Positions 47,407 to 57,083 of a DNA stretch of 64,000 bases are shown here, piece after piece. A program made the position numbers and the translations under genes. The stretch comes from an uncultured Acidobacteriota bacterium (lineage in GTDB: Bacteria; Acidobacteriota; Thermoanaerobaculia; Multivoradales; JBCCEF01). The notes below the pieces were generated by a model, which saw only the letters and a list, made by a program, of their open reading frames with translations, searched no databases and was not told the DNA's origin. The DNA lies in assembly GCA_963843275.1 (NCBI GenBank), contig CAWJJM010000012.1, positions 221,756-285,755 on the forward strand, read 5' to 3'. Position 1 is the first letter of the stretch; every line of letters starts with the position of its first letter.

Positions 47407-49312
47407 TCAGCCGGAGGGCTCGTCCGCCGCCGGGGCCGGCAGGGACGACAGCAGGGCGTGGAGCTGCTCGATGCCGGCGGGCTTGACCAGGTGGTGGTCG
47501 AACCCGGCCTCGCGGGTCCGCTGGCGGTCCGCGTCCTGTCCCCAGCCGGTGAGCGCCACCAGCGTCAGCCGCCCGCCGCCGGGCTGCCGGCGCAGGCGCC
47601 GGGCGGTCGCGTAGCCGTCCGGCGCGGGCATGCCGAGGTCGAGCAGGACCACCTCGGGCGCCAGGTCGCGCGCCGCGCGGAGGGCCTGCTCGCCGTCGTA
47701 GACGGCCACGACCCGGTGGCCGCAGCCCGCCAGCAGGGTGCGCAGCGAGTCGGCGGCGTCGCGGTTGTCGTCCACCACCAGGATGCGGCGCGGCACCACT
47801 TCCGGGACGGAGGGTCCCGGGCCGTCCGGCTCGCCCTCCGAGCGCGCCGCCGCCGTCGGCAGGCGGAGGATGAAGCGGCTGCCGCGGCCGGGTCCCTCGC
47901 TCTCGGCGCGCACCGTTCCTCCGTGGAGGGCGACCAGCGAGCGGACGACCGTCAGACCCAGCCCCAGGCCGCCGTGGACGCCGCCGCCGGGCGGCCGCTC
48001 CTGCACGAAGACGTCGAAGATCTCCCGTTGCAGGGCGGGTGGGATGCCGCGCCCGGTGTCGGAGACGGTGACCGTGACCGCCCCGTCTCCGGTCTCGGCG
48101 GTGATGCCGATGTGCCCCGGCTGCTCGGTGAACTTGGCGGCGTTGTTGAGCAGGTTGGCGAGCACCTGGGAGAGCCGGGAGGGATCGGCGTGCAGCCACA
48201 CCGGTTCCGCGGGCAGGTGCACCTCCAGTCGGTGCCCGCCGCGCTCGATCTCCGCGCTGGCTCGCCTCGACCGCGTTGCGCACCACCTCGGCCAGCTCCA
48301 CGTCCCGGCGACGCAGCTCGATCTTGCCGCGGGTGAAGCGGGAGACGTCGAGCAGGTCGTCGACCAGGCGGACCAGCAGCTCGGTCTGGCGGTCGAGGGT
48401 GCCGAGGACCCGCTCGGCGAGCGCGGCGTCGGAGCCCGCCTGCCGCAGCAGCTCGACGCCGGTGCGGATCGGCGCCAGCGGGTTGCGCAGCTCGTGGGCC
48501 AGGGTGGCCAGGAACTCGTCCTTGCGCTCGTCCGCGCGCCGCAGCGCGTCCTCCATCTCCATGCGCTCGGTGATGTCGGTGTTGGTGCCGAACCAGCGCA
48601 GCACCTCGCCGCGTTCGTTGCGGATCGGGATGGCGCGGGAGAGGAACCAGCGGTAGGTCCCGTCGGCGCCGCGCAGGGGAAAGGTGTCCTCCCACTCCTC
48701 GCCGCGCGCGACCGAGCGCCGGAAGTGCTCGGTGACCCGCTCGACGTGGTCGGGGTGGTGGACCTTGCGCCAGCCCCAGCCGCGCATCTCCTCGAGGGTG
48801 GTGCCGGTGTAGTCGAACCACCGCTTGTTGTACCAGAAGATCCAGCCGTCGCCGTCAGCCATCCAGGCGAACTGGGCGATGTTGTCGGCGAGGGTGCGGA
48901 AGCGTTCCTCGCTCTCGCGGAGCGCCTCCTCGGCCTCCCGGCGGGCGGTGATGTCGCGCGCCACCTTCGACGCCCCGACGATGCGGCCCGCCTCGTCGCG
49001 CACGGGCGAGATGGTCAGCGAGACGATGAGCCGGCGGCCGTCCCGTGCCACCCGCTCGGTCTCGAAGTGCTCGATCCGCTCGCCCCGCACCAGCCGGGCG
49101 AGGATCTCGTCCTCCTCGGGATGACGCTCCGGGGGGATGATCAGGCGGATGTGCTGGCCGATCGCCTCCTCGGCGCTGTACCCGAACATGCGCTCCGCGC
49201 CGCGGTTCCAGGAGCGGATGATCCCCTTGGTGGTCTTGCCCACGATGGCGTCGTGCGAGGACTCGACCAGGGCGGCGAGGAACGCCTGATGGGCGGGGTC
49301 GAGCGGCGGCAT
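47407..49312 (-). CDS. Hybrid sensor histidine kinase (PAS-PAS-HisKA-HATPase_c-REC), one frameshift ~48240 as assembled
   Basis: PAS: ...[32 protein letters not shown]...; second PAS ...[29 protein letters not shown]; His[18 protein letters not shown]; other frame (47407-48222) HATPase ...[16 protein letters not shown]...[10 protein letters not shown]...GGLGLGL... and REC ...[15 protein letters not shown]...VLLDLGMP...LVALTGWGQ. Confidence 0.85.
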
Positions 49313-49401
49313 CGAGCAAGCATATCGCCCCCGGCGGGGGCTGCGGCCGGTGGTGTATGGTCGCCCCAGGAGTTCCGACCCACCCCCAGGAGAGCCCAGC
49401 G

Positions 49402-50862
49402 ATGACCGAGCCGTCCGCGTCCCCCGCCGCCGAGCGCAGCCTCCCGCCGGCGCCGCTGCCGTCCGCCAACACCGCCAGTGCCGTCGAGGAGGTGACCGAG
49501 CGCGCCGACACCGTGTGGACCCATCCGCCGGGCACCGCCCCGGCGCTGCCGCCGATGGAACGCCAGGAGCTGACCGGGCCGCACGGCCGTGTCGCCCTGG
49601 TGGCGGGTTGCCGCACCCCCTTCACCAAGGCCGGGACCCACTACCGCTCGATGGACGTGGTCGACCTGGCGGGCGCCGCCGCCTCGGCGCTGCTCGCCCG
49701 CACCGGGATCGACCCCCACGAGGTCGACCTGTCGGTGTTCGGGGTGGTGGTGCCGGCGCTGCAGGCCCCCAACCTGGGCCGCGAGGTGGTCTTCCGGGTG
49801 TCGCTGCCGGAGACCACCGTCGGGACCACGGTCAACCTGGCCTGCGCCTCCTCGAACCGGGCCATCACCTTCGGGGCGGAGGCCATCCTCAAGGGCGAGG
49901 CGAGCGTGGTGCTGGCCGGCGGGGCGGAGTCGCTGTCGAACGTGCCGATCCGCTTCTCCGACGAGGCGGCGCACATCTTCGTGGCGCTGTCGAAGGCCCG
50001 CACGATCCCCGAGCGCGCCAAGCTGCTGGCGCGCCTGCGGCCGCAGGACCTGGCGCCGGTGGCCCCGGCCATCGCCGAGTACACCACCGGGATGACGATG
50101 GGGCAGTCGGCCGAGAAGATGGCCAAGGAGAACGACATCTCGCGGCGGGCCCAGGACGAGGTGGCGCTGTGGTCGCACCACCGGGCCGCCGCGGCGCAGC
50201 GCGAGGGCCGTTTCGCCGACCAGATCGTGGCCACCTACCCGCCGCCGCGCTACGACGACGCGGTGACCGCCGACACCGGCGTCCGCGCCGACACGACCCT
50301 CGACGCGATGGCCGAGCTCAAGCCGGTCTTCGACAAGCGCTACGGCACGCTGACCGCGGCCAACTCGAGCCCGCTGACCGACGGCGGGTCGGCGATGCTG
50401 CTGATGAGCGAGGAGAAGGCGAAGGCGCTCGGCCTCACGCCGCTCGGCTTCGTGCGCTCCTTCGCCTTCACCGGGGTCGACCCGGCGAACCAGCTCCTCC
50501 AGGGCCCCGCCTACGCGGCGCCGGTGGCGCTGGCGCGGGCCGGGGTCGAGCTCGACGACATCGACCTGATCGAGATGCACGAGGCGTTCGCGGCCCAGGT
50601 GCTGTCGAACCTCAAGGCCTTCGCGTCGGAGAAGTTCGCGCGCCAGGAGCTGGGCCGCGACCGGCCGCTGGGCGCCGTCGATTTCGACCGCATCAACGTC
50701 AACGGGGGCTCGATCTCGATCGGCCACCCGTTCGGCGCCACCGGCGCGCGGGTGACGATGCAGCTCCTCCACGAGCTGGGGCGTCGCGGCGGGCAGCTCG
50801 GGCTGATCACCGTCTGCGCCGCCGGCGGCACCGGCTTCGCGATGGTGGTCGAGCGGGAGTAG
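49402..50862 (+). CDS. Acetyl-CoA C-acyltransferase (thiolase)
   Basis: ...[15 protein letters not shown]... ...[18 protein letters not shown]... C-terminal ...[28 protein letters not shown]...[20 protein letters not shown]; 487 aa intact. Confidence 0.9.
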   Translation: MTEPSASPAAERSLPPAPLPSANTASAVEEVTERADTVWTHPPGTAPALPPMERQELTGPHGRVALVAGCRTPFTKAGTHYRSMDVVDLAGAAASALLARTGIDPHEVDLSVFGVVVPALQAPNLGREVVFRVSLPETTVGTTVNLACASSNRAITFGAEAILKGEASVVLAGGAESLSNVPIRFSDEAAHIFVALSKARTIPERAKLLARLRPQDLAPVAPAIAEYTTGMTMGQSAEKMAKENDISRRAQDEVALWSHHRAAAAQREGRFADQIVATYPPPRYDDAVTADTGVRADTTLDAMAELKPVFDKRYGTLTAANSSPLTDGGSAMLLMSEEKAKALGLTPLGFVRSFAFTGVDPANQLLQGPAYAAPVALARAGVELDDIDLIEMHEAFAAQVLSNLKAFASEKFARQELGRDRPLGAVDFDRINVNGGSISIGHPFGATGARVTMQLLHELGRRGGQLGLITVCAAGGTGFAMVVERE

Positions 50863-50874
50863 GCCGACGGCGGC

Positions 50875-52052
50875 GCCGCTCTCCGACGTCCTGGTCGTCG
50901 ACCTGACCCGTCTCCTCCCGGGGCCGCTCACCGCCAAGCTGCTCGCCGACCTCGGGCGCCCGGGTGGTCAAGGTCGAGGAGCCGCGGATGGGCGACCCGG
51001 TGCGGCTGGCGCCGCCCCTGGTGCGCGGCCGCAGCGCGCTCGCGGCGCTGCTGCTGGCGGGGGTCGAGAGCGTCGCCCTCGACCTCAAGCGCGAGACGGC
51101 GCGGGGCGTGCTCGACGCCCTGCTGGCGCGCGCCGACGTCCTGCTCGAGAGCTTCCGCCCCGGCACCCTCGCCCGGCTGGGCTGGCCCCCGGAGGAGCTC
51201 GCCGCGCGCTTCCCGCGCCTGGTGGTCTGCTCGCTCTCCGGGTACGGTGCCGACGGGCCGCAGGCGGCGCGCGCCGGCCACGACCTCACCTACCAGGCGC
51301 TGGCCGGGACGCTGGCCCCGACCGCGCGCATGCCGGCGGTGCCGCTGGCCGACCACGCCGGCGCCTGGGCGGCGGCGCTGGCGGTGGTCGCGGCCCTGCG
51401 CCGGCGCGACGCCACCGGGCGGGGCGCCCGGATCGACGCGGCGCTCTACGACGCCGCCCTGCACAGCAACCTGGTCGACTGGGCCGAGGAGGCGGCGGCG
51501 CCCCGGCCGGTCGGGCGGCGGCTGCCGCTGTCCGGGGCGCTGCCCTGCTACAACCTGTACCGCACCGCCGACGGCGGCACCCTCGCCGTGGCCTGCCTGG
51601 AGCCGCGGTTCTGGCGCGCCTTCTGCGCCGCGACCGGCCGCGACGACCTGGTCGGCCGGCACCTCGACACCCGGCCCGCGGTCAAGCGGCAGGTCCAGGA
51701 GCTGGTCGCTTCGCGGACGCGCGACGAGTGGGCCGAGCTGGCGGCGCGCCACGACCTGCCGATCGAGCCGGTGCTGGCGGCGGCGGAGGCCGCCGCGCAT
51801 CCCCAGGCGCGGCACCGCCGGCTGGTCACCACCGGCCCCGACGGCCTGCCGCGTCTCGCCTACCCGGCGCTGATCGACGGCGAGCGGCCGGAGGCGCGGG
51901 AGCGGCTGCCGCGGCTGGGCGCCGACACCGGGGCCCTGCTCGCCGAGCTCGGGATCGAAGCGGGCCGGCGGCGGCCGTCCGGGGTGGGTCGCCGGGCGGG
52001 GCTGCGGCGGGCGGTGGCGCGCTGGGTCCTGCGCCGCAAGGGACCGCGGTAG
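50875..52052 (+). CDS. CoA-transferase family III (CaiB/BaiF-like) protein; frameshift near 50955, exact start unresolved
   Basis: ...LSDVLVVDLTRLLPGPLTAKLLADLG(A)-shift-VVKVEEP..GDPVR... ...FRPGTLARLGW...LVVCSLSGYG..GP...AGHDLTYQA...DAALYDAAL... Confidence 0.65.
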
Positions 52053-52086
52053 GCGGAGCGCCGGGGCGGCCCGACGGGAGGGAAGG

Positions 52087-54999
52087 ATGGCGACGAGCAG
52101 CGGCCGAGCGAGGTCCCGCAAGGCGCCGGCGCTGGCCCGCGAGCTGCGGGCGGCGGTGCGTGGCGAGGTGCGCTTCGACCGCGGCACCCGGGCGATGTAC
52201 TCGACCGACGCCTCCAACTACCGGCAGGTGCCGATCGGCGTCGTCCTGCCGCGCGACGCCGCCGACGTCGAGGCGGCGCTGGCGGTGGCGCGGCGCCACG
52301 ACGCGCCGGTGCTGGCGCGCGGCGGCGGCACCTCGCTGGCGGGGCAGTGCTGCAACGTCGCCGTGGTCCTCGACCTGTCGCGCCACCTGCGGCGCATCCT
52401 CGAGGTCGACCCGGTGCGGCGGGTGGCGCGGGTCGAGCCCGGCGTCGTCCTCGACGACCTGCGCGACGCCGCCGAGCGGCACGGCCTGACCTTCGGGCCC
52501 GACCCGGCCACCCACGACCGCTGCACCCTCGGCGGGATGATCGGCAACAACTCCTGCGGCGTGCACTCGCTGCTGGCGGGCAAGACCGACGCCAACGTCG
52601 AGTCGCTCGAGGTCGTCACCTGGGACGGCCTGCGGATGGAGGTGGGGGCGACGTCACCGGAGGAGCGGCGGCGCCTGGTCGCGGCAGGCGGCCGCCGGGG
52701 GGAGATCTACCGGCGGCTGGGCGAGCTGGCCGAGCGCCACGGCGACGAGATCCGCCGCCGCTTCCCGCGCATCCCGCGCAACGTCTCCGGCTACAACCTC
52801 GGGCAGCTCCTGCCGGAGAACGGCTTCCACGTCGCCCGCGCCCTGGTGGGGACGGAGGGGACCTGTGCGCTGGTGCTCGCCGCCACCGTGCGCCTGGTGC
52901 CGTCGCCCCGCAACCGGGTCCTGGTGGTGGCGGGCTTCGCCGACGTCTTCGCCGCCGCCGACGCGGTCCCCGAGATCCTCGCCACGGGGCCGATCGGGCT
53001 GGAGGGGATCGACGACCACCTGGTGCGCGCACTGCGCGCCAAGCGCCTCCACCTCGGGGCGGTGGACCTGCTGCCGCCCGGGCGCGGCTGGCTCCTCGTC
53101 GAGATGGCGGGCGACTCGGCCGACGAGGCGGCGGCGCGGACCGATGCGCTGGTCGCCCGCCTCGGGCGGCTGGCGGGCGGCGCGCCGGCGGTGCGGCGCT
53201 TCGACGACCCGCGGCTGGCGCGGACGGTGTGGAAGACGCGCGAGGCGGCGCTCGGCGCCACCGCCATGGCGCCGGGCCGGCCGCCCGCGTGGGAGGGCTG
53301 GGAGGACGCCGCCGTGCCGCCGGAGCGGCTGGGGAGCTACCTGCGGCGTTTGATGGCCCTGCTCGACGAGTACGGCTACCACACCAACCTCTACGGGCAC
53401 TTCGGCGAGGGGTGCGTCCACACCCGCATCGACTTCGACCTCGAGAGCGCCGCCGGCATCGGGCGCTTTCGCGAGTTCGTCGAGCGCGCCGCCCACCTGG
53501 TGGTCGAGCACGGGGGCTCGCTCTCCGGCGAGCACGGCGACGGGCAGGCGCGTGCCGAGCTGCTGCCGATCCTCTTCGGTGAGCGGCTGACCGGTGCCTT
53601 CCGCGAGTTCAAGGCGATCTGGGACCCGGCGGGGCGGATGAACCCGGGCAAGGTGGTCGATCCCCACCGGCTCGACGAGGACCTGCGGCTGGGTGCGGAC
53701 TACCGGCCCTGGCGGCCGCGCACCGTCTTCGCCTACCCGGAGGACGACGGCGACCTGTCGCGCGCCGCGCTGCGCTGCGTGGGCGTCGGCGCCTGCCGGC
53801 GGGAGAGCGGCGGCACCATGTGCCCGAGCTACCGGGCGACCGGCGAGGAGCTGCACTCCACCCGCGGCCGCGCCCGGCTGCTCTTCGAGATGCTCCGCGG
53901 CGACGTGGTCCGCGACGGTTGGCGCAGCCGGGAGGTGCGCGCCGCGCTGGACCTCTGCCTGGCGTGCAAGGCGTGCCGCGCGGAGTGCCCGGCCCTGGTC
54001 GACATGGCCACCTACAAGGCGGAGTTCCTCCACCACCACTACCGCCGCCGGCTGCGCCCCGCCGCCGCCTACGCCCTCGGCCTGTCGCCCTACTGGCTGC
54101 GGCTCGCCTCGCGGGCGCCGCGCCTGGCCAACGCCCTGCTCGCCGCCCCCGCCCTCGGCGCCGCCGCCCGCGCCGCGGCCGGCATCGCCCCCGGGCGGGC
54201 CCTGCCGCGCCTGGCGCGCCGGCGCTTCCGCCGGCTGTGGCGGCCGGGGGCCGAGGCAGGCGGCGAGCGGGTGCTGCTCTGGCCGGACACCTTCAACGAC
54301 CGCTTCCGCCCGGCGACCGCGCTGGCCGCGGGTCGGGTGCTGGAGCGCAGCGGCTACCGGGTGGAGCTGCCGCCGGACGGGTTGTGCTGCGGCCGCCCCT
54401 TCTACGACTTCGGCTTCCTCGGCGCCGCGCGCCGCCACCTGCGCCGCATCCTCGCCGCCCTGGCCGACGAGATCGCCGCCGGCACCCTCGTGGTCGGCGT
54501 CGAGCCGAGCTGCGTGGCGGTGTTCCGCGACGAGCTGCCGAACCTGTTCCCCGACGACCCGGCGGCACGGGCACTGTCGCGCCAGGTGCTGACCCTGGCC
54601 GAGGCGCTCGCGCGGCCCGGCCACGCGCCGCCGCTGGCACCGTTGGAGGTCGACGCGGTGCTGCAGGGGCACTGCCACCACCAGGCGGTGATGGGGATGG
54701 GGCCCGACCGCGCCCTGCTCGACCGGGCCGGGGTGCGCGTGGTCGCCGACGACCACGGCTGCTGCGGCATGGCCGGCGCCTTCGGCTTCCAGCGCCGGCA
54801 CGCCGAGGTGTCCCGGGCGATCGGCGAGCGGGCGCTGCTGCCGCGGGTGCGGGCGACGGGGCCGGAGGCCCTGGTCATCGCCGACGGCTTCAGTTGCCGC
54901 GAGCAGATCGAGCAGGGCACCGGGCGGCGCCCCCTCCACCTCGCCGAGGTCCTCCTGCGCGCCTGCGGCGGTGCGCCGGCGGACGCCGGCGACCCCTGA
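52087..54999 (+). CDS. FAD-binding oxidase fused to (Fe-S)-binding CCG-domain protein (GlcD-GlcF-type fusion, YdiJ-like 2-hydroxyacid dehydrogenase)
   Basis: 970 aa intact; FAD_binding_4 ...PIGVVLPRDAADVEAALAVARRHDAPVLARGGGTSLAGQ...; C-terminal ...CLACKACRAECP...CCGRPFYDFG...CHHQAVMGMG...DHGCCGMAGAFG... Confidence 0.85.
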   Translation: MATSSGRARSRKAPALARELRAAVRGEVRFDRGTRAMYSTDASNYRQVPIGVVLPRDAADVEAALAVARRHDAPVLARGGGTSLAGQCCNVAVVLDLSRHLRRILEVDPVRRVARVEPGVVLDDLRDAAERHGLTFGPDPATHDRCTLGGMIGNNSCGVHSLLAGKTDANVESLEVVTWDGLRMEVGATSPEERRRLVAAGGRRGEIYRRLGELAERHGDEIRRRFPRIPRNVSGYNLGQLLPENGFHVARALVGTEGTCALVLAATVRLVPSPRNRVLVVAGFADVFAAADAVPEILATGPIGLEGIDDHLVRALRAKRLHLGAVDLLPPGRGWLLVEMAGDSADEAAARTDALVARLGRLAGGAPAVRRFDDPRLARTVWKTREAALGATAMAPGRPPAWEGWEDAAVPPERLGSYLRRLMALLDEYGYHTNLYGHFGEGCVHTRIDFDLESAAGIGRFREFVERAAHLVVEHGGSLSGEHGDGQARAELLPILFGERLTGAFREFKAIWDPAGRMNPGKVVDPHRLDEDLRLGADYRPWRPRTVFAYPEDDGDLSRAALRCVGVGACRRESGGTMCPSYRATGEELHSTRGRARLLFEMLRGDVVRDGWRSREVRAALDLCLACKACRAECPALVDMATYKAEFLHHHYRRRLRPAAAYALGLSPYWLRLASRAPRLANALLAAPALGAAARAAAGIAPGRALPRLARRRFRRLWRPGAEAGGERVLLWPDTFNDRFRPATALAAGRVLERSGYRVELPPDGLCCGRPFYDFGFLGAARRHLRRILAALADEIAAGTLVVGVEPSCVAVFRDELPNLFPDDPAARALSRQVLTLAEALARPGHAPPLAPLEVDAVLQGHCHHQAVMGMGPDRALLDRAGVRVVADDHGCCGMAGAFGFQRRHAEVSRAIGERALLPRVRATGPEALVIADGFSCREQIEQGTGRRPLHLAEVLLRACGGAPADAGDP

Positions 55000-55055
55000 T
55001 CGCGCCGCGCCGCGCGGCGGCTGCATTCGTTCGCTCCCGGGCTGCGTAGTAGGGG

Positions 55056-55643
55056 GTGATGACGGCGATCGGTGCGGCGGTCCTGGCGAACGACGCGGCC
55101 TCCCCGGCCCCCGGTGCGGCCGACGAGGAGCGGCTGTTGGCCCGCGCGACGGCGGGCGACGAGGCCGCCCTGGCCGCGCTGGTGCGGCGCCACCAGGGGC
55201 GGGTGTTCAGCATCGCCTTCCACGTCCTCGGCGATCCGGCCCAGGCCGAAGAGGTGGCGCAGGACGTCTTCCTCCGGCTGTTCCGCCGCCTGGGGCGGAT
55301 CGACGGTCCCGAGCACTTGGTGCGCTGGCTGCGCCAGGTCGCGTCGCGACGGGCGATCGACGCGCTGCGCCGCAACCGGCTGCGGGCCGCGGTGCCGCTC
55401 GACGCGGTGCCCGAGCTCGCCACCACGCCGGCCGATCCCTACCTCGCCCACCGGCTGCGCCGCCTCGTCGCGGCGCTCCCCGGGCACCAGCGGCTCGCCC
55501 TGGCGCTGCGCTACGGCGAGGGGCTGACACCGCAGGAGATGGCGGCGGTGCTCGGGCTGCCGGTCAACACCGTCAAGAGCCGTCTGCAACGCGCTCTGGC
55601 CCGGCTGCGCCGCGGGCTGGAGCCGGGGGAGGAGGAGCGATGA
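55056..55643 (+). CDS. RNA polymerase sigma-70 factor, ECF subfamily
   Basis: region 2 ...AEEVAQDVFLRLFRRL...LVRWLRQVASRRAIDALRR...; region 4 ...LPGHQRLALALRYGEGLTPQEMAAVLGLPVNTVKSRLQRALARLR. Confidence 0.85.
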   Translation: MMTAIGAAVLANDAASPAPGAADEERLLARATAGDEAALAALVRRHQGRVFSIAFHVLGDPAQAEEVAQDVFLRLFRRLGRIDGPEHLVRWLRQVASRRAIDALRRNRLRAAVPLDAVPELATTPADPYLAHRLRRLVAALPGHQRLALALRYGEGLTPQEMAAVLGLPVNTVKSRLQRALARLRRGLEPGEEER

Positions 55644-56011
55644 ACGACCTCGACCGGCTGCTGCGCGAGACCCTCGCGCCCCGCGAGCCCGCGGCGGGCT
55701 TCGCCGCGCGGGTGATGGCGGCGGAGCGCTTGCGGCGGCGCCGGCGCGGTGTCCGGCGGATGGCCTTGGCGGCCGGGCTGGCGGCCCTGCTGCTCGCCGG
55801 CGGCCCGGTGGCGCGGCGCGTCGCCGACGCCCGCCAGCACGCCGCCGCCCGGGAGGCCCGGCACCAGGTGCTCGTCGCCCTCGCCATCACCGGCCGCAAG
55901 GTCGAGATCGCCCGCCGTGCCATCCACCAGACCCTGGACCACCAGACCCCGGACGACGCCGGGGCCGGTCGACGACCGGCGCCCCGGCGCGACGAGAGGA
56001 GCGAACGATGA
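55640..56011 (+). CDS. Putative anti-sigma factor (single TM)
   Basis: ATG overlaps sigma stop (ATGA); MNDLDRLLRETLAPREP...; TM ALAAGLAALLLAGG; position and size typical of ECF anti-sigma. Confidence 0.5.
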   Translation: MNDLDRLLRETLAPREPAAGFAARVMAAERLRRRRRGVRRMALAAGLAALLLAGGPVARRVADARQHAAAREARHQVLVALAITGRKVEIARRAIHQTLDHQTPDDAGAGRRPAPRRDERSER

Positions 56012-56568
56012 GAAGCCGTCCCTGGATCGCGCTGCTACTGCTGACCGCGCTCGCGGCGCCCGCCGCGGGGGCCCGTGCCGCCGCCGCGGCCGGGCTGCAC
56101 CTGCCGGAGCTCGAGGCGCTCGCCGCCAAGGCCGACGAGGTCGTCGAGGTGGACCTCGACGCCGACATGCTGGCGCTCGCCGGCGGGCTGATGGCCGACG
56201 ACGACGATCCCGACCTCGAGCGCCTGGTCCACGGCCTGCGCGCCATCACCGTGCGCAGCTTCACCTTCGCGGCGCCCGGCGCCTACGACCCGGCGCTGGT
56301 CGGCCGGCTGCGCCAGCGGCTCGTGGGGCCGGGCTGGAAGCGCGTCGTCAACGTCCGCACCCGCGACGCCGAGAACGTCGAGATCTACGTGCTGCCCGCG
56401 CCGCCCCGGCTGGCCGGCCTGGTGATCCTCGCCGCCGAGCCCACCGAGCTGACCGTGGTCCACCTCGAGGGCGACGTCGACCTCGCCGACCTCGACCACC
56501 TGCAGGGGCGGATGGGGGTTCCCGACCTGGGGGTGGAGCGGACGCCGGAGCCGGAGGGCGCGCCGTGA
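56008..56568 (+). CDS. Small secreted protein, DUF4252-like (ECF-associated), copy 1
   Basis: MRSRPWIALLLLTALAAPAAGA signal; 186 aa; start overlaps upstream stop; ...LAAKADEVVEVDLDADMLALAGGLMADDDDPD...VRSFTF...VEIYVLPAPPRLAGLVILAAEPTELTVVHLEGDV. Confidence 0.5.
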   Translation: MRSRPWIALLLLTALAAPAAGARAAAAAGLHLPELEALAAKADEVVEVDLDADMLALAGGLMADDDDPDLERLVHGLRAITVRSFTFAAPGAYDPALVGRLRQRLVGPGWKRVVNVRTRDAENVEIYVLPAPPRLAGLVILAAEPTELTVVHLEGDVDLADLDHLQGRMGVPDLGVERTPEPEGAP

Positions 56569-57026
56569 GCCGGCGGCGCGTCGCCGCGGTGGCCGGCCTC
56601 GCCCTGGCCGGATCCCTGCTGGCCGGGGGGGCGCAGGCCGACGGCTTCCGGGCGCTGGCGCACCGGCTGGGCCGTCTGCCGCAGGTGCACCGGGTCCACG
56701 TCCCGTTCCTCTCCCTGGCGGCCCGCCTCGGCGGCGCCGGCGCCGACGGGGTGGCCGAGGTCCGCATGGCTCTCTACGAGGTGGAGGAGGGGGCGCGGCC
56801 GCCGCTCGCGGCGCTGGCGGCGGAGCTCCTGGGCCCGGGGTGGAAGCCCTGCCTGCGGGTGCGGTCCCGCGGCGAGGAGACGGTGATGCTGGCCCGCCGC
56901 GAGGGCGACCGGGTGCGGCTGGTCCTGGTGAGCCGGGACGAGGAGGACCTCGTGCTCCTCGCGGCCACCGTCCGGCCGCGGGTCTTCGTCGCCTCGCTCG
57001 AGGAGCGGCGGCTGGCCGACGGTTGA
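56565..57026 (+). CDS. Small secreted protein, DUF4252-like paralogue, copy 2 (GTG start)
   Basis: (M)SRRRVAAVAGLALAGSLLAGGAQA signal; ...RVHVPFLSLAARLGGAGADGVAEVRMALYEVEE...VMLARREGDRVRLVLVSRDEEDLVLLAATV; 4-nt overlap with upstream gene. Confidence 0.45.
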   Translation: MSRRRVAAVAGLALAGSLLAGGAQADGFRALAHRLGRLPQVHRVHVPFLSLAARLGGAGADGVAEVRMALYEVEEGARPPLAALAAELLGPGWKPCLRVRSRGEETVMLARREGDRVRLVLVSRDEEDLVLLAATVRPRVFVASLEERRLADG

Positions 57027-57034
57027 GCCGGACA

Positions 57035-57065
57035 CCCCCGCCCGCGGTTGGCGGTCGGGCGGGGG
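57035..57065 (+). terminator. Strong GC hairpin: 10-bp perfect stem (cccccgcccg / cgggcggggg) with 11-nt loop
   Basis: Read directly: cccccgcccg-cggttggcggt-cgggcggggg, 9 nt after the stop of DUF4252-like copy 2 and ~20 nt before the M14 peptidase ATG. Confidence 0.45.
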
Positions 57066-57083
57066 AAGCCGTATCCTAGGCGG

